From positions 29,202,001 through 29,266,000 of the forward strand of contig CM022672.1 in NCBI GenBank assembly GCA_012295275.1: a stretch of DNA of 64,000 nt, written 5' to 3'. The stretch's first letter is position 1; every line of letters starts with the position of its first letter. The notes below the pieces were generated by a model. The model did no database searches and had not been told where the DNA came from. It saw nothing but the letters and a program-made list of their open reading frames with translations. A program made the translations under genes and the position numbers. This document shows positions 58,491-64,000 of this stretch, in pieces. This DNA comes from Chrysomallon squamiferum. Lineage: Eukaryota > Animalia > Mollusca.

Positions 58491-58944
58491 GATAATAATA
58501 ATAAGATAATAATGATAATGATAATAATAAAAATAATAAAGATAATAATGATAATAACAATAATAGTAATATAATAATAATAATCAACCACTGCTCTAAA
58601 AAATGTTGATTAGATTAAATTAACCAAAAATGTTGAAATTGTGATTGAATTAAATTGTGTCATTATCATAGTTTAGAGGGCAATGACCTGAGAATGACCC
58701 AGTGTAATTTAATCAATGTTGAACTGTTATCTGTATAAGATTATACATACATAATATTACATACTTGACATACATACTTGACATCAAAATTAACTGATAC
58801 CTGTAAATCTAGATAGATCTATACACAGTGCATGTTGTATGTGTGCATAGATACACACACACCTTTAAATACATACACACATATTACATAGATACATACA
58901 TACATATGCATGCACTCACTCACTCACTCACTCACTCACTCACG

Positions 58945-58993
<49 letters not shown>

Positions 58994-59565
58994 ACACACA
59001 CATCCTGCAATGTTAATAAAGATGACTAGATAATGTTAATGACCAAAAATACAGGTTTTTGGCTGAACACTTTTTACTTAAGTCAAATGACAAATGCAGT
59101 TCAGCTAAGTCTCACTGCACCTTAGCATTTTCCCTTCACAAGATAAATCATAGAGCTGTCTCTTAATACAGCAACCAGTTTTCCTATCTATCTATCCATA
59201 CATACACACAGCATATACTTAAAGATCTAAATACATACATACATACATATATACATATGTATTTAATATTGAAGTGTTAATTAGAAATTAATTTTTTATA
59301 ATATTTTTAAAAACCACTCACACACATTGATAAAATGTCTCAGTATCATAGACCCATTGCATGTTCTGTTCCATTATATTGATTATCAAATACCATGGTA
59401 TTTAATTTACTACATGATAAATAGTGTAAAATAATAATAATAATAAAAAAATGATTTTTTGCAGGTAATCAATAAGTACAGCAGAGCAATTGATTTTTTG
59501 TCTCATCAGTTAGATATAAATAAAATTCTTTGAAAAAAGTTTAAAAAAAAAGAAAAAAAAGAAGA

Positions 59566-59604
<39 letters not shown>

Positions 59605-60249
59605 AATAACAATAACAATAACAATAACAATAACTATAACAGTAACAATATTAAAATAATATTTATGAATTAATCAAAAATTAAAACAAACTTAAAAATA
59701 ATAATAAATATATGAATAATAAAAACAGGATGATCATAACTAATATCAGTGTTAAACTGGATGTTGGTATCTTTAATTTAAACATTAAACATCTTTAAGA
59801 CTGTGCAGTTCTTACTGATTTTATTTTATGAATTATTTCTTCTGAGCTTTCTTTTTTCATTTTTTTCCTCTTTTTTTTAAAAGAATTGTTGGGTTTCTTA
59901 AGAGTAAAACTAAATTCTGATTTCATATCTCAGTACTATAAAGAAAAAATATTACTCTCACAAACAAGAAATAATTTAACCAGTACAATATCAGTGTACT
60001 TACAGCTTCAGAATCATACTTCATATTCAGGCAAGAAATCTGATCACATGGTAAAGGTCAGTATATCACTATAATGTATGAAAAACACTTGTATTTAAGC
60101 TGATTCATACAAATTATATCATGCACATGAACTTGCGCCTCAAATTCTCTACTTGGACGTGTGATACATGAACCAGACTGATTTATGATCTGCCAATGTC
60201 AGACGATACTGTACATTTGTGACGAAGACTCAAAGAAGTCTAATTGTAA

Positions 60250-60530
60250 TCTACCCACAGATGTCATAGTTGATCATTTTGCTCATTTCAAACAACAATA
60301 CATATAAGTTAACAAATACTGTATACTGAAGTTAAAATCAAGTACTCAAGAGGCAAGGGAGACCAGATGGAAAGCACACAGAGATGCCATAGTTGATCTC
60401 TTGTTTCCTGTTCCAACCAATACAGTGTACTTAAGTAAAAATCAAGTAATCAAGATTTAAAGAAGACCAAATAGAACACAGAGAAATGTCATTGTTCAAT
60501 TGCTTTCTTATTCCAACCAATACCTATACC
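60250..60530. repeat. Degenerate ~110-120-bp tandem repeat, about 3 copies
   Basis: ATG(T/C)CAT(A/T)GTT...CAA(A/C)CAA, each followed by AAAATCAAGTA in the first two units. Confidence 0.7.
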
Positions 60531-60564
60531 TGCTGATGTTAAGGAAGTGTACATGGCTGCTGTA

Positions 60565-60710
60565 AGGATGGGGCTTGATGCAGTGGCAAAGGGTTTATGA
60601 AAGTTGGATCTAATACCATTAACCCATTACTACCCACTTCATATTATTTCTTATTTCAACAAGATAATGAGAGTTGTGTTATCCATTGCAAAAGATCCCT
60701 TGCTGGTGAT
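60565..60710 (+). mobile_element. Highly decayed SINE fragment
   Basis: AAAAGATCCCTTGCTG core at 60690, corresponding to AGAAGATGCTTGGCTT in the 39341 copy. Confidence 0.4.
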
Positions 60711-61349
60711 GTGCTCTTACTCACTGATGACAGAATTACAAATATGATTGCTGACAGAAAATTAATCAGTTTGGCCTGCTATTGCTTTAATATAAATTTT
60801 AATGCTTTACAAATTACATCTGATTGCCACAGTGGAAGTAAATCTTTCACCATCCATATTATCCTCAGAATTCCTTTTGTTACAATAATGTATTCCATGC
60901 ATTGTGTATTACATTTATCAGTTCTAAATAAACTCATCATCATCTGCTGTTGCTGTTAAAATAATAATACATTAGAAATAAAAATTAATTAATTTTCTCT
61001 TGTGATGTTAACAAATGTTTAATTCCCAAAAGCCAGTAACAGGCAGAAATCAACTGAGGCAGAGAGAAACAAGACCTAAGCACTCAATTATGAACTGTTT
61101 GTACACACGTTTGAACCATGTAGTACAACACTCTGCTGCCTGACCAAACACAGCTCTCTGACACAACTCACTCTACCTGCCACAGGTGTGTGGGTAATTT
61201 CTAATTGCTCTAAAGTGTAGTCGCTGTTTATTCTGTAAGCAACCAGCACAAAAATAATACAGAAAAGATTGGCCAAGCCAAATACTGATGCAGTCAGAGT
61301 AATCAAACTGAACAGGGCAGTTTCCCAAACCTTCAAAATAACATGTATT

Positions 61350-61565
61350 AACCACTGCCCCGTGCACCCACTGCAGACCCCACCATCACATGACCAAGAT
61401 CACCTCACCTGAATTATCTATTGCCCCAACACCCACTGCAAACCCTACCACCAATTTATCAAAATGCACCTCCCCTGAATAATCTACTGCCCAGTGCACC
61501 ATTCCAAATTCCAAAGTAACATGATGGAAATCATCTCCCATGAATTATCCCACCCACACCCACTA
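61350..61565. repeat. C-rich ~68-bp tandem repeat, about 3 copies
   Basis: TGCCCC..CACCCACTGCA.ACCC.ACCA...CACCTC.CCTGAAT(T/A)ATCTA recurs. Confidence 0.75.
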
Positions 61566-63371
61566 TTGACATAGCAAGTGTTTAACTCAGTGAGAAATTT
61601 GATTAGGCCTGACAAATGCAGAAGCTAGCAAGTCAGGAGTAAGGATATAATTAGTGATTTGTATTAAGAGGGGGGTGTTGAATACAGCACAAATTCAACA
61701 GGTGTATGAAACTGTGTCAGACTTTTTTGTATCAGAGTTAAAAGTTAAGTGGTTTTAAAGCTATTATTATGTTTTATTCAGAGGTAAGAAAATATGAAGG
61801 CAAAAATGGATGGATGGATGGAGCAATGTATGTATGTATGTATGTATATATATATGAATGTTTATTAATGCATGGGTATAGGTATGCACGCACATATGTA
61901 CCAGTTTGTTTATTTCACTTCATTCTGAATTTATTTACTAATACTGAAAACAGAAAAATTAGGTCATCTAAACGATTAAAGGTAATCAGTAATCAGGTCA
62001 GGTCAGGTCAAAAGTTCTTTATAAAGTGATATAAGAAATGACGTCTCGTCAGTGTTGACAAGATACAAATTATAAATAAGCTCAAAGTGATAAAAACCTG
62101 TCTTTGACAGATCTATCAGAGAATGTGTCTGTGACACTCAATCATTTGATGGTTGAAGATAAGAACATTACTCAATGTCAGATATACAGACTGGAATTAA
62201 GTGAGTCCACCTTTGAACTAAAATTTATCTAAATTGTTTATATCATTCATATTTTTGTCTTTTTAAGTTATTATTATTATTATTATTATTATTTATTATC
62301 TTTTTTCTTTTTTAAATTAATTTTTAGAATATACTCAAAATGAACCCTGCTTTGAAATTACATTTATTTATTTATTATATAATTTTGTTATATTTGTCTC
62401 TTGCAAAATTTTTAGCTGATTAAAATTAAAAAAATAAAATAAAAATATTAAAACAAACAAACAAACATAAATAAATAATTAAATAAATAAAAAATTAAAC
62501 AAAAATTTCATTTTATTTTAACTGCCATAACTGGTTAAAAAAGTAAATAAATAAAAATTTCCAAAAATAAAATAAAATAAATATAAAAAGGAGTAAATAA
62601 CGTAGCATTTAAAAATAATGTATATCTGACTGGACTATTCTTCTATACATCAGAATATTTGTATTAATAATTGTGTTCTAATAAAACAAATAAATTTAGT
62701 TCATAAATGCTACTCTTAACAATTTATTTTTTTTCATTTTTAATCTACATTACAATAAAAATGGTGCTTGTGATCCTGAACATATTGAATATTGCAAAGA
62801 TATTATATTGATACATAGGTAGATTTTAAAATAATTTAATTATTAATTTTAGATTGCTGCAACAGTTCATTTTTTTTTTTTTTATCATTAAATATTTTCA
62901 TTTTAAACACATGAAGTGTAATAAAATTCTAAAAATATTATTCAAATCATTACATGTCTTTTAGTTATAACAGTGTATATTATTTGAATGTCTTAGCATT
63001 TCGTATACGTATTTTTTATTTCATTAATAATTTAATAAATTTTATGCTTACTTAATATTTTCGCATTGCGGCATTCTCTCGAATCTAATAAAATTGTTGT
63101 TTTTCACGTATATTTGTTTACTGTACTTAAAATATATGTGCCTACGGTGGTGTGTTTCAAATATCGGATAATACTTTTATTAATGATACTAGGTTTAAAA
63201 GAATCGGTCATTTAATTCTGACAGTTAATTTTCTGACTCAGTCTTTTAAATATAAAATGAAATTGACAGTGACAGCTAACTAATCGGAATTTTTATCAAA
63301 CGAACTCGACATATTATTAGAAAAACAAGCTGTAAATATATACAAAAATGTCCAAACAACAGTTACTGTAC

Positions 63372-63650
63372 CTGCTAATTTAACTACTATAATGCCAGAG
63401 ATATTCAGGTAAATGTTCTTTCAGTCCACAATTAAAAAACAGCAGAGAAAGATCAGCCACAAATTTCCAATCCGCCCTCCTCGATTTTCACCATTAAGCT
63501 TTCATAATCGACTGGTTCTACTTGTCTTGTGACTTATATTGTTGCGGAATACTTTAGAAAAGAACAGTTGTTCTTAACGAAACTTGCCGAATAGAAAACT
63601 AATGATGACGTAAAGTGCCGGAGATTACTACCACCTAATACAAATGATTT
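63372..63650 (-). promoter_or_regulatory. Candidate EVI5 promoter and non-coding first exon
   Basis: CpGs reappear from about 63000 after about 50 kb of depletion. GC-box-like CCGCCC (63472), TGACGT (63606), candidate donor CAG|GTACAG at 63372. Confidence 0.35.
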
Positions 63651-63760
63651 ATTAATGCCAGATTAATTTAAAAAGTTTTGTTTTTATTTTAAACCAGCTA
63701 ACTAAATAAATAAACCTTACCGAAATACACAAGTCCGACAAATCGTAGCATAACTAATTT

Positions 63761-63802
<42 letters not shown>

Positions 63803-64000
63803 ATTTTAATTTATTTTTCTCTTACACTCATCCTTTCTGTATGTTAATATTTCTACTACTGTTACTACAAGTACTACTCCTGCTGCTGCTACATAACGAC
63901 AACAACTATCACTACTACTACTGCTACTAGTACTACCTCTGCTGCTACTGTTGTTGTTGTTGTTATTCTTATATTTTAATTATTATAAAAATAAAATGTC

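Overview
AT-rich animal genomic DNA, not prokaryotic. It has GT-AG introns, many microsatellites and decayed SINE and DNA-transposon copies; the repeat motifs suggest a gastropod mollusc (inference). Most of the window is one minus-strand gene, an EVI5/EVI5L-family Rab-GAP (TBC domain plus long coiled coil). I assembled it by hand from 19 phase-compatible coding exons (47951 to 16396, about 895 aa) with intact catalytic IxxDxxR and YxQ motifs. Downstream, also on the minus strand, is an unrecognised 1235-codon ORF (5090 to 1383), probably one giant exon of a gene that continues left of the window. I found no CRISPR array or prokaryote-type system, and almost all short ORFs in the track are microsatellite noise. 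The best leads concern EVI5 isoforms. (1) A 1.5-kb strand-biased cluster of 29 CAGGT[A/G] motifs lies directly upstream of a candidate internal first exon that would give a TBC-less isoform. (2) An alternative last exon would remove a C-terminal PDZ-type ligand. (3) An in-frame internal donor would delete the Ser-rich segment. (4) A hairpin covers one donor site. (5) Two exon 5' ends have decayed duplicates. (6) A 35-bp minisatellite of donor-like sites abuts coding exon 1. All of these are hypotheses from sequence alone.
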